Positions 20,128-29,900 of a DNA stretch of 64,000 nt are shown here, piece after piece; the first letter of the stretch is position 1; the number at the start of each line of letters is the position of its first letter. Below the pieces are notes generated by a model that had not been told where the DNA came from, did not search any database, and saw nothing but the letters and a program-made list of their open reading frames with translations. A program made the position numbers and the translations under genes. The DNA lies in assembly GCF_032153895.1 (NCBI RefSeq), contig NZ_JALDYN010000011.1, positions 3,937 through 67,936 on the forward strand. Direction: 5' to 3'. Origin of the DNA: Flavobacterium sp. GTDB lineage: Bacteria > Bacteroidota > Bacteroidia > Flavobacteriales > Flavobacteriaceae.

Positions 20128-21075
20128 ATGCAAAACATAAAAACAAAACTTCTTCCCTTTTTTCTTTTAGCCACCGGAATTTCTTTTGCTCAATATACAG
20201 AAGAAATTAACTCGAATCGTCCCGGAAAATCATTCGGTGCGTATTCTATCGGAAAAACTGTAATTCAGGCAGAAACAGGTATTTATTACCTAAAAGAAGA
20301 ACATGATTTAGCGGAAACAGAATCAAAAGGTTTCGGACTGGATTTAGCACTTCGCTATGGTGCCTTTTTAGAACAATTGGAATTCATTGCTGAAATGCAG
20401 TACCAAACCGACAAATTTGAAACTCCGGTTTCAAGCGAAAACCGCAATGGTTTCAAACAATTAATCGTTGGTGCAAAATATCTGGTTTACGATCCGTGGA
20501 AAAATTACAAGGAAAAAGTAAATGTATACAGCTGGAAAGCCAACAAAAAATTCAAATGGAGAAAATTGTTGCCGGCTGTTGGAGTTTATGCTGGAGCCAA
20601 TTTCAATGTAGGTGAAAATCCGTATACCTTTCCAAACGATCCGAGTTTCAGTCCGAAAGTGATGTTATTATTGCAAAATCACTTTGGAAACAAAACGGTA
20701 TTAACGACAAACATTATCTACGACAAATTCACAACAGACTATCCATCAATGGGATACATCCTTACTTTAAGCCGTGCAGTTGGTGAGCGTTGGTCGGTCT
20801 ATTTAGAAAATCAAGGCTATAAAAGTGATTGGTATGGCGACAGCGTTTTACGTGGTGGAGGTGCTTTCTTGCTGAAGAAAAACATGCAAATTGATGTTTC
20901 GTTAGGAACCAATTTTAAAGATACGCCGTCTATTCTTGGTGGCGCTGTTGGTTTTTCGTGGCGTTTTGACAAAAACTACAAACCGATTGAAATTAAAGAA
21001 GGTAAAGAAGTGAAAGGCGATTCGAAAGGAAAAGCTGCTGAAGAAAAGAAAAACCGTACCGACGAAGTAAAATAA
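20128..21075 (+). CDS. Outer-membrane beta-barrel 'transporter' family protein
   Basis: Signal peptide, NRPG motif, amphipathic strands; TATTTTTG box at 20088-20095. Confidence 0.7.
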   Translation: MQNIKTKLLPFFLLATGISFAQYTEEINSNRPGKSFGAYSIGKTVIQAETGIYYLKEEHDLAETESKGFGLDLALRYGAFLEQLEFIAEMQYQTDKFETPVSSENRNGFKQLIVGAKYLVYDPWKNYKEKVNVYSWKANKKFKWRKLLPAVGVYAGANFNVGENPYTFPNDPSFSPKVMLLLQNHFGNKTVLTTNIIYDKFTTDYPSMGYILTLSRAVGERWSVYLENQGYKSDWYGDSVLRGGGAFLLKKNMQIDVSLGTNFKDTPSILGGAVGFSWRFDKNYKPIEIKEGKEVKGDSKGKAAEEKKNRTDEVK

Positions 21076-21076
21076 C

Positions 21077-22195
21077 ATGATTACAATACAAGAGGTAACC
21101 TCAAAAAAAGAGTTGAAGGAGTTCGTTTTGTTCTCCTTCGAACTTTTTAAAAACAATCCGTATTGGATTCCGCCGATTATTGCTGACGAATTGGAATCGT
21201 TTGATGCGGAAAAAAATCCTGCGTTCCAATCGGCTACGGTAAAATTTTATTTAGCGTTTAAAAACAATAAAATAGTCGGAAAAGTAGCTGCCATCATCAA
21301 TTGGGATGAAGTAAAATTACTTGGAAAGACAAAAACTCGTTTCGGTTGGTTTGATGCTATCGACGATATCGAAGTAACCAAAGCACTTTTGAATCAGGTA
21401 GCCGAATTCGGAAAAGCTAACGGCATGGATCATATTGAAGGGCCAATGGGGTTTTCCAATCTGGACAAAGTCGGTGTTTTAACCGAAGGGTTTGATCAGT
21501 TAGGAACGATGATTTCCTGGTACAGCCCGCCCTACTACAAAGAACATTTCGAAAAACTGGGTATGGCAATGGAAAAACAGTACTATGAAAGTTATTTTTC
21601 CATGGAAGCAGTAAATCCGGCACCCTTTCAACGAGCGAGTAAAATGATTAAAGAGCGTTACGGATTAAAAGTTCTCAACTTCAAAAAAACCGAAGACGTA
21701 ATGCCATATGTTGATCAGATGTTTGAACTTTTCAACAGTTCGTATGCTTCGTTACAATCGTTTGTGGCTATTAATGAAGAAACTCAGGAATATTTCAAGA
21801 AAAAGTACATCAGTTTTATCAATCCGGAATACATCAAATTCATCATTGATAAAAACGAAAAAATGATTGGTTTTACGGTAGTAATGCCATCGTTTGAAAG
21901 AGCTTTACAAAAGGCGAAAGGCAAATTGTTTCCGTTTGGTTTTATTCATTTATTGTGGGCGAAAAAGCATTCTAAAGAAGTTGTTTTTTACTTGATTGGT
22001 GTAAGTCCGGAATATCAAAACAAAGGGATTACCGCTGTAATTTTTGATGAATATTACAAAGAATTCAAAAGTAAAGGTATCAAACGTTTCATCCGAACTC
22101 CGGAGCTTGAGGAAAACCATGCCATGCATAATTTATGGAAGAATTTCGATCCGACAATTCACAAATGGAGAAGAACTTACCGTAAAGATATATAA
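21077..22195 (+). CDS. GNAT-fold acyltransferase of the bacterial ceramide synthase (bCerS)-like family
   Basis: NPYWIPP, RFGWFDAIDD, GPMGFSNLD, PPYY, LIGVSPEYQNKG, PELEEN. Confidence 0.7.
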   Translation: MITIQEVTSKKELKEFVLFSFELFKNNPYWIPPIIADELESFDAEKNPAFQSATVKFYLAFKNNKIVGKVAAIINWDEVKLLGKTKTRFGWFDAIDDIEVTKALLNQVAEFGKANGMDHIEGPMGFSNLDKVGVLTEGFDQLGTMISWYSPPYYKEHFEKLGMAMEKQYYESYFSMEAVNPAPFQRASKMIKERYGLKVLNFKKTEDVMPYVDQMFELFNSSYASLQSFVAINEETQEYFKKKYISFINPEYIKFIIDKNEKMIGFTVVMPSFERALQKAKGKLFPFGFIHLLWAKKHSKEVVFYLIGVSPEYQNKGITAVIFDEYYKEFKSKGIKRFIRTPELEENHAMHNLWKNFDPTIHKWRRTYRKDI

Positions 22196-22197
22196 AC

Positions 22198-22227
22198 AAA
22201 AAACCGAAGATCGCTCTTCGGTTTTTT
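22198..22227. terminator. Bidirectional intrinsic terminator
   Basis: AAAAAACCGAAGA-TCGC-TCTTCGGTTTTTT. Confidence 0.9.
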
Positions 22228-22247
22228 TATAATTTGTCTTACTGAAA

Positions 22248-23513
22248 TTACTCTGCAGAAACGTCTACTGTAGTTTTTTCAGCAATTGCTTTATAGGTTC
22301 CGTTGGATAATTTTTCACGAATAGCTTCGAAGGCTGATAATGTTTCATCAATATCCGCAATCGTGTGTGAAGCCGTTGGAATCATACGTAACAAGATAAT
22401 ACCTTTCGGAATTACCGGATAAACCACGATAGACAAGAAAATGTTGTAGTTTTCACGTAAATCGTTTACCATTACCATCGCTTCCGGAATTGAACCTTCT
22501 AAATATACTGGCGTTACACAAGTATTCGTATCACCAATGTTGAAACCTTTAGATTTTAATCCGTTTTGCAAATAGTTTACATTTTCCCAAAGTTTGTCTT
22601 TCAACTCTGGCATCGTACGCAACATTTGTAAACGTTTCAAAGCTCCAACGGTGAAAATCATCGGTAAAGATTTAGCAAACATTTGAGAACGTAAGTTGTA
22701 TTTTAAGTAATCGATAATGTCTTTATCTCCTGCTACGAAAGCTCCGATACTTGCCATAGATTTTGCAAACGTTGAGAAATACACATCAATTCCTTCCTGA
22801 CAACCTTGCTCCTCACCTGCTCCTGCTCCAGTTTTACCTAAAGTTCCGAAACCATGTGCATCGTCAACCAATAAACGGAAGTTGTATTTTTTCTTTAAAG
22901 CAACGATTTCTTTCAGTTTACCTTGTTGTCCTCGCATTCCGAAAACACCTTCCGTAATTACTAAAATCCCACCTCCTAATTCGGTAGCCATTTTAGTAGC
23001 ACGTTGTAAATTTTTCTCTAAACTTTCAACATCATTATGCTTGTAGGTAAAACGTTTTCCCATATGAAGACGAACACCGTCGATGATACATCCGTGACCA
23101 TCCACATCGTAAACGATAACGTCATTTTTAGTAACCAATGCGTCGATAGTAGAAACCATTCCCTGGTAACCAAAGTTCAATAAATAAGCTGCTTCTTTAC
23201 CAACGAAAGCTGCTAACTCATCCTGTAATTGCTCGTGTAAGGTTGTGTGACCAGACATCATACGCGCACCCATTGGATAAGCGGCTCCGTATTGTGCAGC
23301 TGCTTCAGCATCAACTTTACGGATTTCAGGATGATTGGCCAATCCTAAATAATCGTTAATTGACCAGTTTAAAATTTCTCTTCCGTGGAATTGCATTCTT
23401 GGTCCTAATTCTCCTTCTAACTTTGGAAACACGTAGTAACCCTCTGCTTGTGAAGCCCATCTTCCTAAAGGACCTTTATTGTTTTGTATTCTTTCAAATA
23501 AATCTTTTACCAT
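22248..23513 (-). CDS. PLP-dependent alpha-oxoamine synthase, most like cysteate-C-fatty acyltransferase (CapB/SulA type) of sulfonolipid synthesis
   Basis: NDYLGLA, DDAHG, TFAKS; N-terminus GPLGRW...GYYVFPKLEGELGPRM matches my recollection of SulA/CapB; TACTTTTG box at 23550-23557 (-). Confidence 0.78.
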   Translation of the reverse strand: MVKDLFERIQNNKGPLGRWASQAEGYYVFPKLEGELGPRMQFHGREILNWSINDYLGLANHPEIRKVDAEAAAQYGAAYPMGARMMSGHTTLHEQLQDELAAFVGKEAAYLLNFGYQGMVSTIDALVTKNDVIVYDVDGHGCIIDGVRLHMGKRFTYKHNDVESLEKNLQRATKMATELGGGILVITEGVFGMRGQQGKLKEIVALKKKYNFRLLVDDAHGFGTLGKTGAGAGEEQGCQEGIDVYFSTFAKSMASIGAFVAGDKDIIDYLKYNLRSQMFAKSLPMIFTVGALKRLQMLRTMPELKDKLWENVNYLQNGLKSKGFNIGDTNTCVTPVYLEGSIPEAMVMVNDLRENYNIFLSIVVYPVIPKGIILLRMIPTASHTIADIDETLSAFEAIREKLSNGTYKAIAEKTTVDVSAE

Positions 23514-23647
23514 AATTCAAGAATGTATAAGTCTGATTTTAAATCGCTCCAAAAGTAATTATTTCTGTTTTCCTATCATAATTATTTTGAAAAGATAGTG
23601 GTAAAAATATTTATTTAAAAAAATGACAATATTCTAAAAGTTTGAAT

Positions 23648-23655
23648 TACATTTG
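23648..23655 (+). promoter_or_regulatory. TACATTTG -7 promoter box of the candidate sRNA
   Basis: Consensus TAnnTTTG followed by CACCC-GAACG; there is no + strand gene downstream. Confidence 0.65.
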
Positions 23656-23660
23656 CACCC

Positions 23661-23724
23661 GAACGCACAGCAATGTGGTTACACGTTCAACTTAAAAGTC
23701 GGGGGCTCCACCTCGGCTTTTTTC
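23661..23724 (+). ncRNA. Candidate ~64-nt structured small RNA
   Basis: GAACG/CGTTC stem, CACA-GCAA-TGTG GNRA hairpin, GTTACA bulge, then terminator AAAAGTCGGGG-GCTCCA-CCTCGGCTTTT. Confidence 0.6.
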
Positions 23725-23827
23725 TTTTATAAAAAGCTACACAGCTTTCCTTCACATATCAAAATACACTAGAGACAGTGACTTATTCCTATTTTCTAAT
23801 ATGAATACACTATAATTTCCGTCATAA

Positions 23828-23917
23828 TTATTGGTAGTAAACATAAACTTGATATGCTGCTACCAAAAAAATAATTACAGCTAGAATAGCAATCCAAAAT
23901 TTTTTAATAAAATTCAT
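23828..23917 (-). CDS. 29-aa single-TM peptide or gene remnant (not in ORF track)
   Basis: MNFIKKFWIAILAVIIFLVAAYQVYVYYQ*. Confidence 0.35.
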   Translation of the reverse strand: MNFIKKFWIAILAVIIFLVAAYQVYVYYQ

Positions 23918-23953
23918 GGCTTATAGTTTAAAATTGATTTCTATCTGAAGATA

Positions 23954-23990
23954 GCAATAGAAGAACACTATTAAAATGTTCTTCTATTGC
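23954..23990. terminator. Perfect 14-bp inverted repeat downstream of the OmpA gene
   Basis: GCAATAGAAGAACA / TGTTCTTCTATTGC; weak U-tract. Confidence 0.55.
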
Positions 23991-24045
23991 ATAAAAAAGA
24001 TTTTATCGTTGAAAACTGGATTCTTTATCCAAATTTGTGCTCTAA

Positions 24046-25983
24046 CTATTTTTCAACAATGATAAAATCTGACCTTCTGTTTATAAAATGCTCGTCTTCA
24101 GAACATTTTACACCGTTACTGCACTGATTTCTTAATCGGGATTCTCCAAATCCTACGGCGCTTTCAATTCGCTCCGGAGAAATTCCTTTAGATAGAATAT
24201 AGGTTTGTGTTGATTTGGCGCGGTTATCTGATAATTTTAAATTATACAAATCCTTCCCTCTGGAGTCTGTGTGTGATTCGATTCTGATTCGCACTTTAGG
24301 AAAGTTTTGCAAAACGTAAACCACTTTATCCAACTCTGTTGCGGCTTGTGGTGTAATGTCCCATTTGTCGTAATTGAAGAAAATCGGGTTGATGTCTATT
24401 TTTTCATTACCGTTATCTTTTACAACAAAATCTTCCAATTTACTGAGTTCAAAATCAAGTTTGTGAATGGCGCCGTCTTTATCCAGAGTTATCAGTTCTT
24501 TTTCCTGAGTACTGTAATCTGGTTTGGATGCACTGATTTTATAGGTGTGATTACAAGGTAACTGAAATTCGAAGGTTCCATCTGCTTTTGTAGGGAATTC
24601 ATTTTTAAGATCTCCGAACGGATCAAACACTTTGATTGTTGCTCCTGAAAGTCCAATCTTATCTTTTGTGGTTACCACTCTTCCTTGAACAATTTGATTG
24701 CATTCCGGCTTTTTCTTGATAAAATGATAGATGTCATCGTCGCCTTTTCCCGTTTCACGATTTGATGACAAATAACCGTACTTTAATTCTTTATCAATGA
24801 TGAATGCAAAATCATCTTTATTACTGTTTGCCGGCTCGCCTAAATTTTTAGGCTCGGAGAATTTTTTACCATGCTGTTTACTTTCTAAAATGTCCAATCC
24901 TCCAAAACCATAATGCCCGTCAGACGAGAAATACAAAACGCCATCGTTGTAAAAAGGGAACATTTCCCTGCCAATAGTGTTAATTTCAGGTCCAACGTTA
25001 ATTGGTGTATTAATCTTTCCGTCTGAAAAAACCTCAGCCATGTATATATCTGTTTCTCCATAACCGCCCGGCATATCTGAAACGAAAAACAGCCACTTTC
25101 CGTCTGGACTTAAATTAGGATGCCCTACACTATAATCTAAACTGTTGAAAAACATTTTTTCGGTTTTAACTACCTTATCCCCTTCCAGCCATCCTTTAAT
25201 GATTTGAAAATTATTGGTTCTCTTTTTCCCGTTTTTCAATCGGTTACCTTTTAAAGTGTTTGTCGTGTAATAAAAGGTTTTTAAATCTGGTGAAAACGTA
25301 ATTGTTGCATCATGATAGCTAGAATTAATTTCTTTTAGAAACAGCTGCTCGTTGGTTAACGCACCGTCAGAAACACTTCTGTCTGCAACATACATGCTTA
25401 AAAAAGGCTGTTGGTTCCAAGTATAAATTTTGGTATCACCTTCAACACTCTCCTTACTTGATGAAAACACCAACTGATTACCATAAAATGTTGCTCCAAA
25501 ATCTGAATTAGCGCTATTATTTTCAAGGTTTCTCAAATCATACAACGGTGTTCTTTTAGAAATACTGTCTATGTATTTCTGATTGTTAGCAAAATGAGTG
25601 ATTTGCGTGTTATCACCCTTCTGTTTTAAAAAATCTTTGGCTATTTGATTCGCTTTATCGTAATCTCTGACACTTCTTAGAGTTTGAGTATAACGCAATA
25701 TGTATTTATCCGACAAACTCAATCCTTGCATATCGTACAACTTTTGATACCACGTAAGCGCTTTTCGCATATCATTTAAATAATAATAGGTATCTGCAAT
25801 ATTTGAAATGGTTTCAGCTGATGTTATCGACGGATTAGTTTCCAAATACGATTCATATAACTTGGAAGCCTCAACATAAGACATTTCATCAAACAATTTT
25901 TCAGCAGCTTTTAATTTCGATTGGGCAAACAGGACGCTTGTAAACAACAATAATCCCAGTGTATATATAGTTCTCATATGCAT
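24046..25983 (-). CDS. OmpA-family (PorE-like) protein: TPR, PD40 propeller, CRD and OmpA_C domains
   Basis: SVGHPNLSPDGK, FVSDMPGGYG, ESHTDSRG, NRRSDF. Confidence 0.9.
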   Translation of the reverse strand: MHMRTIYTLGLLLFTSVLFAQSKLKAAEKLFDEMSYVEASKLYESYLETNPSITSAETISNIADTYYYLNDMRKALTWYQKLYDMQGLSLSDKYILRYTQTLRSVRDYDKANQIAKDFLKQKGDNTQITHFANNQKYIDSISKRTPLYDLRNLENNSANSDFGATFYGNQLVFSSSKESVEGDTKIYTWNQQPFLSMYVADRSVSDGALTNEQLFLKEINSSYHDATITFSPDLKTFYYTTNTLKGNRLKNGKKRTNNFQIIKGWLEGDKVVKTEKMFFNSLDYSVGHPNLSPDGKWLFFVSDMPGGYGETDIYMAEVFSDGKINTPINVGPEINTIGREMFPFYNDGVLYFSSDGHYGFGGLDILESKQHGKKFSEPKNLGEPANSNKDDFAFIIDKELKYGYLSSNRETGKGDDDIYHFIKKKPECNQIVQGRVVTTKDKIGLSGATIKVFDPFGDLKNEFPTKADGTFEFQLPCNHTYKISASKPDYSTQEKELITLDKDGAIHKLDFELSKLEDFVVKDNGNEKIDINPIFFNYDKWDITPQAATELDKVVYVLQNFPKVRIRIESHTDSRGKDLYNLKLSDNRAKSTQTYILSKGISPERIESAVGFGESRLRNQCSNGVKCSEDEHFINRRSDFIIVEK

Positions 25984-25988
25984 TAGTA

Positions 25989-26927
25989 TTAAAAGAAACG
26001 TGGCGATTTAATAGTAGATGATTTGGATGTTAATTGATATCGCAATATAATTTCGTGCGTACCATCGTTATATTTGTTCAGGTCTGTAACCGTATAATCG
26101 AAAGAATATCCTAAGAAGAAATCTTTAAGAAACTGAATACCAACTAAAGCACTGACAGAATCATCCCAACGGTAGGAAGCTCCTAAAGTGACTTTTTCCT
26201 GAAGCAGAAAATTTGCAGAAAGATCCGTAGACAATGGTGCACCTCCAACAGCTTTTAAAAGCACTGATGGTTTGAATTTTACCGATGATGACAAATCAAA
26301 AACATAGCCTCCGATAAAATAATAATGAAGTTTATCTGATACTACAGACTCTTGGACATCATCGTAATAATCATATCGCAAAAAGTTAGGTACAGATACT
26401 CCGGCGTACCATTTATCTGAATAAAAGTAGATACCGGAGCCTATTAAACCCATCATTTTGTTGTTGATATTGGTATTCAGCAACACATCGTTACTATCGT
26501 AATAACGACCTTTTGACCAATCGATATCCAACACCCGAATACCCGCTTTTGCTCCAAATGCCAGTTTTGTTCTGTAATTTAAATCTATAGCATAGGAAAC
26601 ATTTCCCGCAAGAGTATTTTCACTAGACGGCCCTAATTTATCACTGATAATATTAAGCCCCAAACCGATTTTTTTATTTCCTACTGGCGAATGAACGCCT
26701 AAAGTACCGGTTTGTGGCGCTCCGTCAATTCCAACCCATTGCTTCCTGAGCAATAAATTAGCCTCTAAAGCTCCTACCGAACCTGTGTATCCGGGGTTTA
26801 CCATCATAGTATTGTACATGTATTGGGTATATTCGGGGCTTTGTTGTGACAGCGTTACTTGCGGAAGGAAAACCAAAGTCAATACTGTGATTAACTTTGA
26901 TAATGTGGTATTTATCTTCGTTTTCAT
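25989..26927 (-). CDS. PorP/SprF-family T9SS outer-membrane protein
   Basis: TQYMYN...NPGYTG, RKQWVGIDGAPQT, GTHEIILRY. Confidence 0.92.
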   Translation of the reverse strand: MKTKINTTLSKLITVLTLVFLPQVTLSQQSPEYTQYMYNTMMVNPGYTGSVGALEANLLLRKQWVGIDGAPQTGTLGVHSPVGNKKIGLGLNIISDKLGPSSENTLAGNVSYAIDLNYRTKLAFGAKAGIRVLDIDWSKGRYYDSNDVLLNTNINNKMMGLIGSGIYFYSDKWYAGVSVPNFLRYDYYDDVQESVVSDKLHYYFIGGYVFDLSSSVKFKPSVLLKAVGGAPLSTDLSANFLLQEKVTLGASYRWDDSVSALVGIQFLKDFFLGYSFDYTVTDLNKYNDGTHEIILRYQLTSKSSTIKSPRFF

Positions 26928-26967
26928 AAATTGTTTTTTTGTGGATTTTAAAAAGACTGATTTTCAC

Positions 26968-29900
26968 TTATCGCATTATAAATAACCATCCTGACTTAAT
27001 GATGTTTTCAGCATCTCCAGATTCGAAAGTATAGTAGTACGTGCCTGTTGCCAAAACATTACCATCAAAAGTGTTACTAACATTGGAAATTCCTCTCCAA
27101 TCGTTTGCATAACCTCTGGTTTCGAAAACCAAATTGCCATAGCGATTATAAATTGCCAATTTGTTATTAGGATAAAACTCTGCACATTTAATATTAAAAG
27201 TATCGTTGGAACCGTCTTCGTTTGGAGTAAACTCATTGTAAACAGTAAGACAAGGATCTTCCCCAACGCCTCCAACACAAATTTCCACCACAATATTTAA
27301 GGTTTCAGAACTCGGTAGATTACAAACCAAGCTGTTGTTGTATGACACCCCAACTGAATTTACGCCCGGCTGCTGCCATGTTATAGTAACAAAGTCATCA
27401 TTAACTCCTCCACCTGCAGTAATAAGACCATCGTCGCTTACAGTCCATATATAATTACTCATGCCGGATTCTGTTGTATACGTAACCGATGACAAAATAC
27501 AAGTCGTGTTCAATCCTCCGTTAATTGTTGCCGGACCACTGGCATTAAAGTTAACCGTTATTCCTAAAAGTGTTGTACTCAAACATCCAGTAATCGAATC
27601 AGTCATTCCTGCGTAATAGGTAGTTCCATCTTCTAAAAGTGTGGTTGAAGCTAAAACATTTCCTCCAGTTGGTGCATCGTACCAAATTACTCCAGCTTCA
27701 TTAACCTGAAGCGAAGCAATTGTTGGATTGTCAGCTTCGCAAAAATCTTGTATTGTTCCAGTGGTTGTAGGAGTCTGTCCCTCATCAAGATTTGCAGAGA
27801 CTGCAAGAAGAATTTCACTTGAACAGCCAGTTACACTATCTGTAATTCCAGCATAATAAATTTGTCCGTCAACTAATAGTGTTGTTGATGATAAAACATT
27901 TCCACCTGTTGGCGCATCATACCAAATCACACCCGTTTCATTAACCTGAAGCATTCCTATAGTAGGACTATCCGAAGCACAAAACTCCTGAGTAGTATCG
28001 GTTGTGGTTGGTGTTGAAACGCTATTAAGGCTAACAGTAACCGCAAGAAGTGAGACGCTAGAACATCCAGTAACAGCATCCGTAATTCCAGCATAATAAA
28101 TACCGCCATCCGTTAATGGTGTTGTTGAAATCAAGACATTTCCTCCCATTGGTGCATCATACCAAATAACTCCAGCCTCGTTTACCTGAAGCATTGCTAT
28201 TGTTGGATTGTCAGATCCACAAAAATCCTGCGTTGTGTCATTTGTAGTTGGTGTAGCAGTACTATTAAGATTAACAGTAACAGCTAAAAGTGATGTACTC
28301 GAACATCCGGTAACAACATCCGTAATTCCGGCGTAGTAAATTCCATCGTCTACTAAAGCTGTTGTTGGAGCGATTACATTACCACCTGATGGTGCATCAT
28401 ACCAAATTACCCCTGTCTCGTTTACCTGAAGTGAAGCCACTGTTGGACTGTCAGCACTACAAAAATCTTGTATCGCATCGGTTGTAGTCGGTGTAGCAAC
28501 AACATTTATTTGCGCGGTGACCTCTAATCGGGTTGAACTGGAACATCCCGTTACATTATCTGTCAAACTTCCGTAATAAATCATTCCGTCAACCAATGCA
28601 GTTGATGAAGAAATAATATTCCCATTCGCTGGTGCATCATACCAAATTGTTCCAGCTTCATTGGTTTGTAGCATTGCTACTGTTGGATTTTCAGACTCGC
28701 AAAAGCTTTGTATCGCTTCTGTAGTTGTTGGTGTTACAGTATCATTTACCTGAACGGTAACCGCTTTTAACGTTCCAGGCATATTGGAACAGGTCGTATC
28801 ACTTGCCATCGAAATATAATACGTATACGGACTATTCAAAGTGGTTAATCCTGTAACCGTTAATACGCCGTTGGCATCTATCAGATAAGTAATTCCACCA
28901 AAAGTTCCATTTGAAACCGGTTGGGTTGTATCGTTTGTAAAATACCAGCTGAACTGCGGATTTGTCAGTGAACTGTTTGGTTCTAAAATTACTGGATTTC
29001 CAATACAAACATTTTGATTAGCAATTTGAATATCTGCATCTGTAGAAAATGGTAAAATTGTGAAGGTTACAGATTTTCTGTCTGGTTGTAATGTTTCACA
29101 ATATTCATCAGAACTAACTCCGACATAATAGGTGTATGTACCTGGTGTCAATCCTGTTAATTGTAATACATTTCCGTTTTGTCCCGGTATCAAAACCTGA
29201 TTGGTTCCGTCAAAACTATACCAATAATAAACCGGATTGGTTACTACTGCTGCTACTGAACTTAACTGTGCTGTTAAAGTGACATTTCCTGTATCGCTAC
29301 AAATGGTCGTATCTGTCGTTGCATTCACCAAAACATCCATTAAATAAGGTTCAGGTGCAGCAGGCATCACTGTTACGGTTACTTTTGTACGTGATAAAAC
29401 TTCGCAACCTCCACGAATCGGCTGAACAAAGAAATCATAAGTTCCTCCTGTAATATTGGCTGGAATTGTATATGAAATTCCATCCGCCAAAACATTCCCT
29501 CCCGTTGCAGCATCATACCAACGGTAAGTTGTACAGGCATCCGGAACAATACTTACGCTTCCTCCCTGACAAACTGTAATGGTAGTATCTGGAGTATCTG
29601 TGATATCAATTAATGCCTCACGTTTCACATAGTGTACTTGCACAAAATCTAAAACATTGGCAACACCTCCTAAACGGATTCTTACTCTGTCATAGGATGG
29701 TAATTGCGTGTTTGAAACAAAGATTATTTCACTACCCCCATTAAGCAGTTCTATATTTGCAGTGGAACCATCAGCGATAAGAGGATTTCCAACCGGAACA
29801 TTGCCCATATAAGCCTGCACAGTAAATCCTGCCAATGCTCCTACGGATAATACCGAACCGGATTTAGTCAATTTTATTTTAAGAATATCTGTTGGTTGTG

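Noticed and set aside
22248-23513. Annotation as BioF or serine palmitoyltransferase
   Set aside because: Same fold, but the N-terminus fits the SulA/CapB subfamily better and no bio genes are nearby. This is not excluded without an assay.
23661-23724. Resemblance of the sRNA to preQ1-I, c-di-GMP-I, SAM-II or SRP RNA
   Set aside because: Conserved core nucleotides of those families are absent, and there is no downstream same-strand target gene.
27535-28734. Periodic repeats as a CRISPR array
   Set aside because: They are 240-bp in-frame coding repeats with no repeat-spacer structure and no cas genes.
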